From: Bacteroidaceae bacterium | Lineage (GTDB): Bacteria; Bacteroidota; Bacteroidia; Bacteroidales; Barnesiellaceae_A | Length of the DNA: 64,000 nt | Assembly: GCA_017531985.1 (NCBI GenBank) | Contig: JAFXJY010000017.1 | Coordinates: 29,690-93,689, forward strand | Direction: 5' to 3' | In this document: piece after piece, positions 18,429 through 27,962 of the stretch | Numbering within the stretch: position 1 is the first letter of the stretch | Layout of the letters: every line of letters starts with the position of its first letter | Position numbers and translations under genes: made by a program | Notes under the pieces: model-generated | What the model was told of the DNA's origin: nothing | Seen by the model: the letters and a program-made list of their open reading frames with translations, nothing else | Database searches by the model: none

Positions 18429-20249
18429 TTATTTCTTGATGACCATCTCACAGTGAGAGCAGTCGAAGTGTAATGAAAGAGTTATATTGCCATGTTGCAG
18501 GGTGAGAGGTGCAGTGAGATTCTTACCTTGTGGTGTGCGTAGGCAAGCCCCGAGGTGGTGTCGCAAGCAGTGTCGCGTACGCATGAGTTCGGCCTCTCTA
18601 ACCGGCTGTAATTCAAATGCCGGTCGACACGATTTTACACCATGTTGACGGTAAAAGGCTTCGGAGAGGGGATTAGCGATATTGGCATGATAGTCGACCT
18701 CGTCAGTGTGCCACAATGTGTGCGATGAGGCATGCTTGCGTCGGTCGGAACGGTAGGCGAGGCGACGAGAACGGTCGAACCATTCGATGGCTTCGCGTCG
18801 CCATGTCGACAGGAGCGAGGGTGGGATGAAATAGTCTTGCGAGAGTGATATTTCGATGTGCGTAGCTCGGTAGGGCGTGTTGCCGAGTTTGCCAAGTTCT
18901 TGACGTTGACGGTCGGATTGTGGTGTGCGACTCGGTGTCTTTTCGCAGTCGCAGCGGTGTGTAATGCTGTTTTTGCCATCGCTGATGGAGAGAGCAAATC
19001 CATGCGGTTGTTCGGTTAGTGTGATAGAGACCTCGATGTGTCGTTGAGCGGTGGGGCGAGCCAGTTGCGAGTCAAAGAGTTGGTCGCTGTTGCGGAACAA
19101 AGTGATACCTCGTGATATTTGTAAGGGAGTGGCGGCATGCAGAGTGTTGCCTTCGACCCGATTGACGCGAAACCCATGAAAACTACCATTGGTGTCTATG
19201 TAGCACAATCCATCGCCATTGTGTAACGATGCCCGGCTTTCGACCACAATGGTGCGATTGTTGATGATGCGTTGTACGCGACCTATGGGTTCGCCTATCG
19301 ACTTGGGTGTGTCGGGTTGTATGATGGGATCTTTGCTACGACCATCGAGGAAGTAGTGAGTAAATCCGCGATTGAAACTTTTATAGGGGTCGGGGGTGAA
19401 TGTGAGGGTGGATACTCCTTCCGAAGCTCTATACAGTGTGTCGCTGCGACGAGCTATAATCTTGTCGAGAGCCTGTCGATAGTAGGCTGTGATGTTCTTG
19501 ACGTATGTTACGTCTTTGAGACGGCCTTCAATTTTGAATGAAGAGGCACCGGCATCTATAAGCTCTTCAAGGCGATTGCTCTGGTTGAGATCTTTGAGAG
19601 AAAGTAGGTGCTTGTCGATGGCAATTTTGCGACCTTCCCCATCGATAAGGGTATAGGGCAGTCGGCAGAATTGGGCACACTCACCGCGATTGGCACTGCG
19701 ACCGCTCAGTGCAGCACTCATGTAGCACTGTCCGCTGTAACTTACGCACAAAGCACCATGAACAAAGACTTCCAGAGGCACATCGGTGGCTACCGAAATG
19801 TTGCGTATGTCTTGCAGGGATAATTCGCGAGCGAGTACGACCTGCGAAAAGCCTGCATCGGCAAGAAATTGTACCTTTTCGGGGCTGCGATTGTCGCATT
19901 GAGTGCTGGCATGAAGGGCAATAGGGGGTAAGTCGAGGCTCAATAAGGCCATGTCTTGTACAATGAGTGCGTCGACACCGGCATAATATAGTTCCCATAT
20001 AATGCGGCGAGCATCATCGAGTTCTTCTTTATATAATATAGTATTGAGGGCAACATATACACGAGCGTTATAGGTGTGGGCAAAGCTGCAAAGTCGGGCT
20101 ATATCGGCTGTTGTACAACCGGCCGCCGCTCTTGCTCCGTAACGAGGAGCTCCAATGTACACAGCATCGGCTCCATGAAGGATGGCTTCTATACCTGTAT
20201 CGGCATTCTTGGCAGGTGCCAGTAGTTCTATTGCTCTGCGTTGTTTCAT
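18429..20249 (-). CDS. Peptidase U32 family protein (collagenase-like / PrtC-type)
   Basis: 606 aa. N-terminus ELLAPAKN...AI..GADAVYIG; E.FVHGALC.SYSGQC signature region of the U32 family. Confidence 0.85.
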   Translation of the reverse strand: MKQRRAIELLAPAKNADTGIEAILHGADAVYIGAPRYGARAAAGCTTADIARLCSFAHTYNARVYVALNTILYKEELDDARRIIWELYYAGVDALIVQDMALLSLDLPPIALHASTQCDNRSPEKVQFLADAGFSQVVLARELSLQDIRNISVATDVPLEVFVHGALCVSYSGQCYMSAALSGRSANRGECAQFCRLPYTLIDGEGRKIAIDKHLLSLKDLNQSNRLEELIDAGASSFKIEGRLKDVTYVKNITAYYRQALDKIIARRSDTLYRASEGVSTLTFTPDPYKSFNRGFTHYFLDGRSKDPIIQPDTPKSIGEPIGRVQRIINNRTIVVESRASLHNGDGLCYIDTNGSFHGFRVNRVEGNTLHAATPLQISRGITLFRNSDQLFDSQLARPTAQRHIEVSITLTEQPHGFALSISDGKNSITHRCDCEKTPSRTPQSDRQRQELGKLGNTPYRATHIEISLSQDYFIPPSLLSTWRREAIEWFDRSRRLAYRSDRRKHASSHTLWHTDEVDYHANIANPLSEAFYRQHGVKSCRPAFELQPVREAELMRTRHCLRHHLGACLRTPQGKNLTAPLTLQHGNITLSLHFDCSHCEMVIKK

Positions 20250-21166
20250 CTTATTTTATTGAGGTCGTAGGGGGTGAGTTGATATACAAAGTAGTTGAGC
20301 CAATTGCTAAACAGCAGATTGCCATGCGAACGCCAACGTACTATTGGTTCGTTATCGGGATTGTCGTCTCGGTAGTAGTTGAGCGGAGGTTCGATGGGCA
20401 GACCCAGTGCGAGGTCACGTCGATACTCGGTGTCGAGGGTATAAGGAGCATACTCGGAGTGACCTAAAATGTAGAAATCGCGACCACCGCGAGCCATAGC
20501 AATGTGTACGCCGCAATCGTCGGAGTAGGATAGCAGAGTGAGGGCTTTCTCTTTCTCGATGTCTTCGCGAAATACTTCGCAATGTCGGCTATTGGGGACA
20601 TAGAAAATGTCGTCGAATCCTCTAAACAGAGGATTGTGGTTGTTGTCAACTTGTTGGGTCGCAAAGACTCCAAATCTTTTTTTATCAAGCATCCGCTTGG
20701 GGATACCATAGCGGTAGTGGAGAGCGGCTACGGCTGCCCAGCAGATGTGTAGTGTGGAGGTTACATGGGTGTAAGCCCAGTCGAAAATATCGGTCAATTC
20801 ATTCCAGTAATCGACTTGATTGAAGTCGAGATGTTCGACAGGTGCCCCGGTGATAATCATACCATCGTAATTGTTGTTGCGTATATTGTCAAACTCCTTG
20901 TAGAATGCATCAAGGTGTTCTTGCGGTGTGTTGCGAGATGTGTGACCTGATGGAACTATCAGGTCAAGTTCAATCTGCAAGGGCGAGTTGGATAATAGAC
21001 GTAGCAGGTCGGTCTCAGTAACAATCTTTAAAGGCATAAGATTGAGAATGACAATGCGTAAAGGGCGAATGTCCTGAGCATCGGCACGATGATTGTCCAT
21101 TACGAAGATATTCTCGCGGAGCAACATATCGACAGCGGGCAGCGAAGCCGGTATCTTAACGGGCAT
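20246..21166 (-). CDS. metA: Homoserine O-acyltransferase (MetA family)
   Basis: 306 aa. MPVKIPASLPA...LRIVILNLMP...; MetA-family pattern. A 4-nt overlap with the downstream U32 gene. Confidence 0.9.
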   Translation of the reverse strand: MPVKIPASLPAVDMLLRENIFVMDNHRADAQDIRPLRIVILNLMPLKIVTETDLLRLLSNSPLQIELDLIVPSGHTSRNTPQEHLDAFYKEFDNIRNNNYDGMIITGAPVEHLDFNQVDYWNELTDIFDWAYTHVTSTLHICWAAVAALHYRYGIPKRMLDKKRFGVFATQQVDNNHNPLFRGFDDIFYVPNSRHCEVFREDIEKEKALTLLSYSDDCGVHIAMARGGRDFYILGHSEYAPYTLDTEYRRDLALGLPIEPPLNYYRDDNPDNEPIVRWRSHGNLLFSNWLNYFVYQLTPYDLNKIR

Positions 21167-21190
21167 GTACGGTCGGGATTAAAAGTTGTG

Positions 21191-21592
21191 TTACTTTTTG
21201 TTGCGAGATCTGTTCGAGGGCTTCTTGTTGTTTTTCTCCGACAGCTGTTTGGTTGTAGTATTCGTTCGAGATGTCGACGATGTTCGACTGTTACGAGCCA
21301 TTCCTCGTTGTCCCGAACGTCTTACTTGCTTCTCGTCGGTTGCCTCCTCTGCAACGCGAGGAGGTCCCCAGCGGTGTTTCTTGGGACGAGCTTCACGAGG
21401 AACAAATGCCAGATTTTCTCCATCGATACGCACTTTGTCATCGTCGGTAACGCGATCGCCGGCAGTGGCAAGGCGGTTGTTTATCGTTACACGTTGGTCT
21501 TCAATGAGTTTGTCGGCCTCACGACGCGAACAGAAACCATAATCGCTGATGTATTTGTTGATGCGAATACCTTCGTTGTTTTTCTTTTCCAT
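21191..21592 (-). CDS. Stand-alone S4 RNA-binding domain protein with a basic/Ser-Thr-rich C-terminal tail
   Basis: IRINKYISDYGFCSRREADKLIEDQRVTINN matches the S4 domain at the N-terminus of RluF/RluB-type synthases. No catalytic domain follows. The tail is rich in R/K/S/T/N. Confidence 0.7.
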   Translation of the reverse strand: MEKKNNEGIRINKYISDYGFCSRREADKLIEDQRVTINNRLATAGDRVTDDDKVRIDGENLAFVPREARPKKHRWGPPRVAEEATDEKQVRRSGQRGMARNSRTSSTSRTNTTTKQLSEKNNKKPSNRSRNKK

Positions 21593-21607
21593 AGTGATAG
21601 TTTGTTA

Positions 21608-22447
21608 TCAACCCAGTTCAATTTTTTGAGCCGTGATGTTGTCTTGAAGGAAGAGAGCCGCGGTGTCGGCAAATTTCCTCTCAGATTCGGTTGTCAAATA
21701 GGTGCATGTGCCATGAGTCGAGCATCGCTCTTCCATCTCAGGATGTCGAGCTAAGTAGTCTTTAAGACTGTCGGCTACCAATGAACCTTGTGATAGGATG
21801 TTGATGTGAGCCGGCAGGTGCTTACGAATGAGGTTGTAAAGCAGAGGATAATGGGTGCATCCCAATATTACGGTGTCAATGTTGCTTTCCTGAGTCATAA
21901 GTTCGGAGATGTATTTGCCGACAAAGTAGTCGGTGCCTTCGTTGTCGGTCTCGTTGTTCTCAATGAGAGGAACCCACATGGGGCATGCTTGTCCGTAAAC
22001 GTTGAACTTGGGGTATAATTTATGAACTTCGGCTGTGTAAGAGCCCGATTGTATAGTTCCCGGAGTACCTAATAGCCCTATATTTCCATTGTTGCTGATG
22101 CGACTCAGAGCCTCGACCGTGGGACGGATGACACCTAATACACGACGTTGAGGGTCGATGTGTGGCAGGTCGTTCTGTTGTATGGTGCGTAGAGCCTTGG
22201 CCGATGCGGTGTTGCAGGCCAATATAACCAGTTGGCAGCCTCGGTCGAATAGATATTGTACGGCTTCGAGCGTAAACTTGTAGACGATTTCGAACGAGCG
22301 AGTACCATAGGGGGCTCGGGCGTTGTCGCCTAAGTATATGTAGTCGTATTGCGGTAGAGCCTTTCTTATCTCGGATAGTATGGTGAGTCCGCCGTAACCC
22401 GAGTCAAAGATACCGATGGGGGCTTGTGTCATTGTAAGTTGAGGCAT
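21608..22447 (-). CDS. murI: Glutamate racemase
   Basis: IGIFDSGYGGLT, LACNTAS and GCTHYP motifs. ORF 21608..22495; the start is probably at 22447 or 22432. Confidence 0.93.
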   Translation of the reverse strand: MPQLTMTQAPIGIFDSGYGGLTILSEIRKALPQYDYIYLGDNARAPYGTRSFEIVYKFTLEAVQYLFDRGCQLVILACNTASAKALRTIQQNDLPHIDPQRRVLGVIRPTVEALSRISNNGNIGLLGTPGTIQSGSYTAEVHKLYPKFNVYGQACPMWVPLIENNETDNEGTDYFVGKYISELMTQESNIDTVILGCTHYPLLYNLIRKHLPAHINILSQGSLVADSLKDYLARHPEMEERCSTHGTCTYLTTESERKFADTAALFLQDNITAQKIELG

Positions 22448-22547
22448 GAAGGTTATTTCTCGAAAAAAGCTGTATCGGTATAGATAATCCGACACAGCTT
22501 TTCATGTATTAGTATAGGCATCTTGTCGGGAAATGTCCCGTAAGAGC

Positions 22548-23048
22548 TTATTTTATACCCAATTTGGTCTTAACAAGGGGTGTGACATCTTCGTTGCCTA
22601 TACCTTTATAGTAGGCTGCATTGGCATCAAAGATGTAAGTAAAACCATTCTCCGAACCAACTGCATTAATGGCGTCCATCAATTTTTGTTGGATGGGGAT
22701 GAATAATTCTTCTTGTTTCTTGGCAAGGTCTTGCTCAGCCACTTGACGGAAACTTTGTATGCGTTGATCCATAGCTTGCAACTCTTCGTAACGACGCATT
22801 TTGATAGTTTCGGGAACGGTGTCACCCATGGCTTGAACTTCTTGGTATTTCTTTTGGAAATCTTCTTGAAGTTTTACAAATTCGTCCTCATAACGTTTGG
22901 TAAGGTCTTGCATTTGTTTTTCGGCTTCGATACGCTCGGGCATGGCTGTAATAACATCGGTTGTGTTTACTGTGCCGAATTTCAAAGATTGTGCTACCAT
23001 AGTCATAGGCAAGCAGCACAAGAGGGCAATAATAAATTTTTTAAGCAT
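22548..23048 (-). CDS. OmpH/Skp family periplasmic chaperone
   Basis: 166 aa with a signal peptide and a coiled-coil-rich K/E/Q sequence. Sits downstream of bamA as in other Bacteroidetes. Confidence 0.85.
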   Translation of the reverse strand: MLKKFIIALLCCLPMTMVAQSLKFGTVNTTDVITAMPERIEAEKQMQDLTKRYEDEFVKLQEDFQKKYQEVQAMGDTVPETIKMRRYEELQAMDQRIQSFRQVAEQDLAKKQEELFIPIQQKLMDAINAVGSENGFTYIFDANAAYYKGIGNEDVTPLVKTKLGIK

Positions 23049-23115
23049 AATATTGTTTTTTAATTGTTTATTACTGTGTTGGTTTTAACAATTTCAGGCG
23101 ACAAATTTAAATATA

Positions 23116-23631
23116 TTATTTGGAATATCCCAATTTTGAGAGTACATCATTGCTAATATCGGCCTTGGGCGATGCAAAAATGATGTTGCTTGACGATGCT
23201 CGGTCTATAACCATCATATATCCTCTCTCTTCCGATAGCTTTTTGACAGCATTGTATATGTCGTCTTGAATGGGTTTCATGAGGCTTTCACGCTTCTTGT
23301 ATAGCTCGCCCTCAGGACCGAAATATTTGCGGCGTAGTTCTTGAACTTCTTGCTCTTTGGCTTTGACTTCGTCAGCTCGTTGAGTTTTCATTTCATCGGT
23401 GAGAAAAACCATATCGGCCAGATAGTTCTTGTACAGAACTTCGGCTTCGGAAGCCAAGTCGTCACACTCTTTCTGCCAGCGTTTGGCAACTTGATTGAGT
23501 TGTTCATTAGCCATTTCGTACGAAGGTATATTTTTAAGTATATACTCCATGTCGATGAGAGCATATTTTTGTGCCGAAGCAGCTACTATGCCTGCGACAA
23601 CAACACATAAGGTGATAATTAGCCTTTTCAT
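23116..23631 (-). CDS. OmpH/Skp family periplasmic chaperone (tandem paralog)
   Basis: 171 aa with a signal peptide, in the same context as 22548..23048. Confidence 0.85.
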   Translation of the reverse strand: MKRLIITLCVVVAGIVAASAQKYALIDMEYILKNIPSYEMANEQLNQVAKRWQKECDDLASEAEVLYKNYLADMVFLTDEMKTQRADEVKAKEQEVQELRRKYFGPEGELYKKRESLMKPIQDDIYNAVKKLSEERGYMMVIDRASSSNIIFASPKADISNDVLSKLGYSK

Positions 23632-23764
23632 ATTGTTTCTTTTTGGTTAGACAATTGTTTTTTCACTATGACTGATTTTGTGGCATAAAGTTAAATATAT
23701 CCCTTCATCAAGTCTTTATTTATGGTTGTTTTTTTAACTCAATTAACATAATTGATAGTTATTT

Positions 23765-26392
23765 TTAGAACTCTTGACCCAAAATGAAGTGGAAGTGACT
23801 GCCGCCTCGTGTGCCGAATACTTTATCGAAACCGTATGCCCAGTCGATACCCAACATACCTATCATGGGCAGATATACGCGAATACCTGCACCGGCCGAG
23901 CGTTTCATCGAGAAGGGGTTGAAGTCGCGAATGTCTTGCCAAGCATTACCTGCCTCGACAAAAGCGAGGCCGTAAATGGTGGTAGAGGGTTGCAGCAAGA
24001 ACGGGAAGTGTAGTTCGAGGGCAAAACGAGTGTAGGCATAACCTTCGTATCCCCATGGAGTGAACGAGCCGTTATCGTATCCACGCAGACCTATTGTCTC
24101 TGTTGCGTAGGTGTAAGAACCTGTCATACCATCACCACCAACATAGAATGTCTCAAATGGTGATTTCTTGTAGCGATTGTAGCTGCCTAACAGACCGAAG
24201 TCGGCACGGGTCATGAGTACCAATGTGTATTGAGTTTCGGGACTGGTGAGTGGTGTGTATGTACGACTCTTGAACTTAATCTTGTAATATTCAATCCAGC
24301 GGTACATCTCTTGCTTGGACTTCTGTGTATTCTGTTGCGAGAGGCTCTTGTAATCCTTGCCATCCCATGCCGAGTAGGGAGGTGTGAGTTGCACTGACAA
24401 CGAGAATTGCGAACCACGACGGGTGTATATAGGGTTGTCGAGCGATGTGCGAGCCAGTGTTGCACCCAGTGTGATGCTGTGTGATGTACCGGTGTTCATG
24501 TAATAGAGGTAATCCCAGTTTTTGAGCATATAGGCTTGATAACCGAGGTCGACCATGAATGTGAAATAATCGTCAGGCCATGAAAGACGCTTACCGAAAG
24601 AAAAGTTGACACCTACCATCTGTAACGACTTAGAGGGGTCGTAAGCATTCATAATCTGTGATTGATAGTAGGACTGGTCGTAGGCACCGTAACCGTAGCC
24701 GTATCCACCGTAAAGGTAGGGGTTGTAGTAGTTGTTGTTATAATATGAACTTTCTATACCCGTCTGCATGCTGTAATAGGCCGATACCGAGAATTGGTTG
24801 GGGCGTTTACCTCCGAACCATGGGTCGACGAATGATATGCTGTAAGCCTGATAATAGCGGGCATTGGTCTGGGCACTGATGGTGAATGTCTGACCATCAC
24901 CTTGCGGAATAATACCTTTGTAACTCGATGGATTGAACAAGTTACGCATGGAGAAGTTGGTGAATTTCAAACTCAGTTTTCCAATGATACCCGTCTGACC
25001 CCATCCGGCCGAGAACTCGATTTGGTCGTTCGACTTGGAGGTTAAGTTCATTTCAATATCCACTGTTCCATTTTCGGGATTGGGCTTGGGTTGTATGTCC
25101 ATTGTCTCGGGGTCGAAGTGTCCGGTTTGTGCAATTTCACGAGCCGAACGTACGAGGTCGGTTTTGTTGAAAAGTTCGCCCGGTTTTGTGCGTAACTCAC
25201 GACGTATTACATGCTCGTATAATCGGTCGTTTCCGTTGATTATTACTTTGTTGATGCGGGCTTGCGGACCTTCGACAATCGACATTTCGAGATCGATTGA
25301 GTCGTTGGATATGTTGGTCTCCAATGGAATGAGGCGGAAGAAGAGATAGCCCTTGTCGAGATAGAGGTTCGATACAGCATCATCGTCTTCGTTGATGCGT
25401 TTATTGAGCAGTTTCTGGTTGTACACGTCGCCCGGTTGCAGACCTAAGAATTCGGAGAGAACATCATTGGTATAGACTGTGTTGCCTATCCATCGTATGT
25501 CGCGGATGTGGTATTGATTGCCTTCATCGATTGAGATATATAGGTCAACTTTGTTTTTGTCGTAGGGTACGATACTGTCGCACACGACAACGGCATCGCG
25601 GTATCCTTTTTCGTTGTATTTCTCGGTGAGAACTTGCAGGTCGTTCTCGAAGTCGCTTTCGACAAATTTTTTCTGCTTGAAGAGAGTGAGTATGTTGTCT
25701 CTTTCACTGGTTTTCTTCATAGCCCACTTCAAGTCGAAGTCGGAGAGAACCTCGTTGCCTTTGAAGTATATCTTGTGAACTTTTATTCTTTCATTTTTAT
25801 TTACATTGATGTCAACGATTACTTCGTTTTTGTGAGCGAGATCTTCGTGTTGTACGAGTTGTACTTCGGCATTTTTAAAACCTTTTTCGTCGAAGTATTT
25901 TTTGATAATCATCTCGGCTCGGTCGACAATATTGGGCGTTATCTGTTGTCCTTTGACAAGACCCAAACGGCTCTCTAAATCCTCTTGCTCGCCTTTTTTC
26001 ATGCCGTTGTAGTTGATTTGTGAAATACGAGGTTGAGGAGTAAGACGTAATTCAATCCATGCTTTATCACCGTAAGTCTTGGTAAGAACAATCTCAATGT
26101 CGGAGAATAGCCCTTGTCTCCAAAATCGTTTGGCGGCATTGGTAAAAGCATCGCCCGGGATTTCGACACGCTGTCCGACTGATAGTCCCGAGTATCCTAT
26201 GATGATATAATCTTCGTAATTATCAGCACCGCTTACAGTGATGCCTGCTATTTCGTAGGTCTTGGGTTTATTGGTATATACTACTGTGGGGTTGTATATA
26301 GTATCGTTGACGAGGGCTTGTGCATGCGATAATGAGGTGATGCACAGGCTCGCAATGAAGCTAAGGATGAGTATGTAGGACTTATGTGACAT
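23765..26392 (-). CDS. bamA: Outer membrane protein assembly factor BamA
   Basis: 875 aa with a signal peptide, POTRA-like repeats and a large C-terminal barrel ending ILGQEF. Conserved position between uppS and skp. Confidence 0.93.
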   Translation of the reverse strand: MSHKSYILILSFIASLCITSLSHAQALVNDTIYNPTVVYTNKPKTYEIAGITVSGADNYEDYIIIGYSGLSVGQRVEIPGDAFTNAAKRFWRQGLFSDIEIVLTKTYGDKAWIELRLTPQPRISQINYNGMKKGEQEDLESRLGLVKGQQITPNIVDRAEMIIKKYFDEKGFKNAEVQLVQHEDLAHKNEVIVDINVNKNERIKVHKIYFKGNEVLSDFDLKWAMKKTSERDNILTLFKQKKFVESDFENDLQVLTEKYNEKGYRDAVVVCDSIVPYDKNKVDLYISIDEGNQYHIRDIRWIGNTVYTNDVLSEFLGLQPGDVYNQKLLNKRINEDDDAVSNLYLDKGYLFFRLIPLETNISNDSIDLEMSIVEGPQARINKVIINGNDRLYEHVIRRELRTKPGELFNKTDLVRSAREIAQTGHFDPETMDIQPKPNPENGTVDIEMNLTSKSNDQIEFSAGWGQTGIIGKLSLKFTNFSMRNLFNPSSYKGIIPQGDGQTFTISAQTNARYYQAYSISFVDPWFGGKRPNQFSVSAYYSMQTGIESSYYNNNYYNPYLYGGYGYGYGAYDQSYYQSQIMNAYDPSKSLQMVGVNFSFGKRLSWPDDYFTFMVDLGYQAYMLKNWDYLYYMNTGTSHSITLGATLARTSLDNPIYTRRGSQFSLSVQLTPPYSAWDGKDYKSLSQQNTQKSKQEMYRWIEYYKIKFKSRTYTPLTSPETQYTLVLMTRADFGLLGSYNRYKKSPFETFYVGGDGMTGSYTYATETIGLRGYDNGSFTPWGYEGYAYTRFALELHFPFLLQPSTTIYGLAFVEAGNAWQDIRDFNPFSMKRSAGAGIRVYLPMIGMLGIDWAYGFDKVFGTRGGSHFHFILGQEF

Positions 26393-26411
26393 ATTGTCTG
26401 GTTATATATGC

Positions 26412-27167
26412 TTATGCTTTGTCGCAGGTTTGTACTTGTTCACTTGTTTTGCCAAATCGGCGTTCGCGACTCTGATAGTCGATGATGGCACGACAGAGGC
26501 TTTCTTTGTTGAAGTCAGGCCAATATTCGTCGGTAAAATAGAACTCGGCATAAGATAGTTGCCATAGAAGGAAGTTGCTGATGCGAAGTTCTCCTCCGGT
26601 GCGAATGAGCAGGTCGGGGTCGGAGAGGTGGGCTGTGGTGAGATGGGATGCCAATAGCTTGTCGTCAATGTCTTGTGGCTTTATTTCACCCGAAACAGCT
26701 TTTTGTGCCAGTATTTGAGCCGCATGAGTTATCTCCCATCGAGCAGAGTAGCTGAGGGCTAAATTTAGCGTGATGCGGTTGCCTCCGGCTGTATCTTCAA
26801 TACACTTTTTCAGGCGTTGTTGTACGTCGTCGGGCATACGAGAGATGTCGCCTATCACACTTAGTCGCACTCCGTTTTCGATCATACCGGGAGTCTCTCG
26901 TTCGATGCCGAATACGACAAGTGCCATTAAGGCGTCAACCTCTTCTTGTGGTCTGTTCCAATTCTCGGTTGAGAAGGCATACAACGTTAGACATTCAACA
27001 CCCAGGTCGGCTGCGTCGTTAGTGATTTCGTGTACGACATCAAGACCTTTGCGGTGACCTTGTGAGCGGTCGAGGTTGCGTTCTTTTGCCCATCGTCCAT
27101 TTCCATCCATAATGATGGCTATGTGGCGTGGTACACGTTGTAAATCTATTTTTTCTACAAGAGACAT
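26412..27167 (-). CDS. uppS: Isoprenyl transferase / undecaprenyl-diphosphate synthase
   Basis: [13 protein letters not shown] and FS.ENW.RP..EV signatures; [12 protein letters not shown]. Confidence 0.95.
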   Translation of the reverse strand: MSLVEKIDLQRVPRHIAIIMDGNGRWAKERNLDRSQGHRKGLDVVHEITNDAADLGVECLTLYAFSTENWNRPQEEVDALMALVVFGIERETPGMIENGVRLSVIGDISRMPDDVQQRLKKCIEDTAGGNRITLNLALSYSARWEITHAAQILAQKAVSGEIKPQDIDDKLLASHLTTAHLSDPDLLIRTGGELRISNFLLWQLSYAEFYFTDEYWPDFNKESLCRAIIDYQSRERRFGKTSEQVQTCDKA

Positions 27168-27198
27168 CTCCGGTAATTTTTTTGGTTTCTAATAGTAT

Positions 27199-27888
27199 TC
27201 AATAGTCATCGGGACAAGTATTGCATGGTAATGTCTTGAACCCGAAGTCGTAGGTAATGGTAAAGACCAGTGTTGAGAACCAGTCGGTGTTTTTAAGTGC
27301 CGAGCTTGGTATCTTGTAAGGGTCTTTGAGATCTTGGCTGTCGATGCGGTCGCCTAAGACCTTGTGCATGGCAAATTCCAGACCTAAATTCCATCGCTCT
27401 GCCACCTTGTATTTTGCACCTATGCCAAAGGGTATATTGACGGTGAAAAAGTTGTTTCCCTCAGGAAATCCGGCACAGAAAGCCAGTCCGGCTGTAATGT
27501 ATGGCGATATGCGACTGGTATTTTTGTAGGCGTAGCCTATGCCATAGTTCAAAAAGTTAAATTCGGCACGACACCCTGCATCGAAGAGTGTGGTGTTGAA
27601 ACTGTATTCACCCCCTCCGGGGAAAATATTATTTCGGTCGGCTGTGTTGCCCGAAAGCATGGCTGCCGACAAATTTGCCCTGATAGCCCAACGGTAGTCT
27701 ATTACATAGCGGAAGATAGCTCCACCGGTAAAGCCCGGGCGATATATGATAGATGTCTGGTTGGCATCGCCCCAATAACTGCTGATGCCGGCCTCGACTC
27801 CTATTTCGTATTTATAATCCTGTGCAAGTGTCTTGTGAAGGCAACTTCCTATAAGAAAAATGCTCAGGATGGTCAAGATTCTTTTCAT
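27199..27888 (-). CDS. Small outer-membrane beta-barrel protein (DUF6089 / PorG-like)
   Basis: 229 aa with a signal peptide and alternating amphipathic beta-strand pattern. It occupies the position next to uppS-bamA that PorG (PG0189) occupies in Porphyromonas gingivalis; that is recalled from memory, not searched. Confidence 0.5.
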   Translation of the reverse strand: MKRILTILSIFLIGSCLHKTLAQDYKYEIGVEAGISSYWGDANQTSIIYRPGFTGGAIFRYVIDYRWAIRANLSAAMLSGNTADRNNIFPGGGEYSFNTTLFDAGCRAEFNFLNYGIGYAYKNTSRISPYITAGLAFCAGFPEGNNFFTVNIPFGIGAKYKVAERWNLGLEFAMHKVLGDRIDSQDLKDPYKIPSSALKNTDWFSTLVFTITYDFGFKTLPCNTCPDDY

Positions 27889-27962
27889 ATTGCAGTCTCT
27901 TTGTAATGTGTATATAACTAAGAACGTAAATGAAAGGGTGAAAAGTATCTTGCTGTTAAAAT

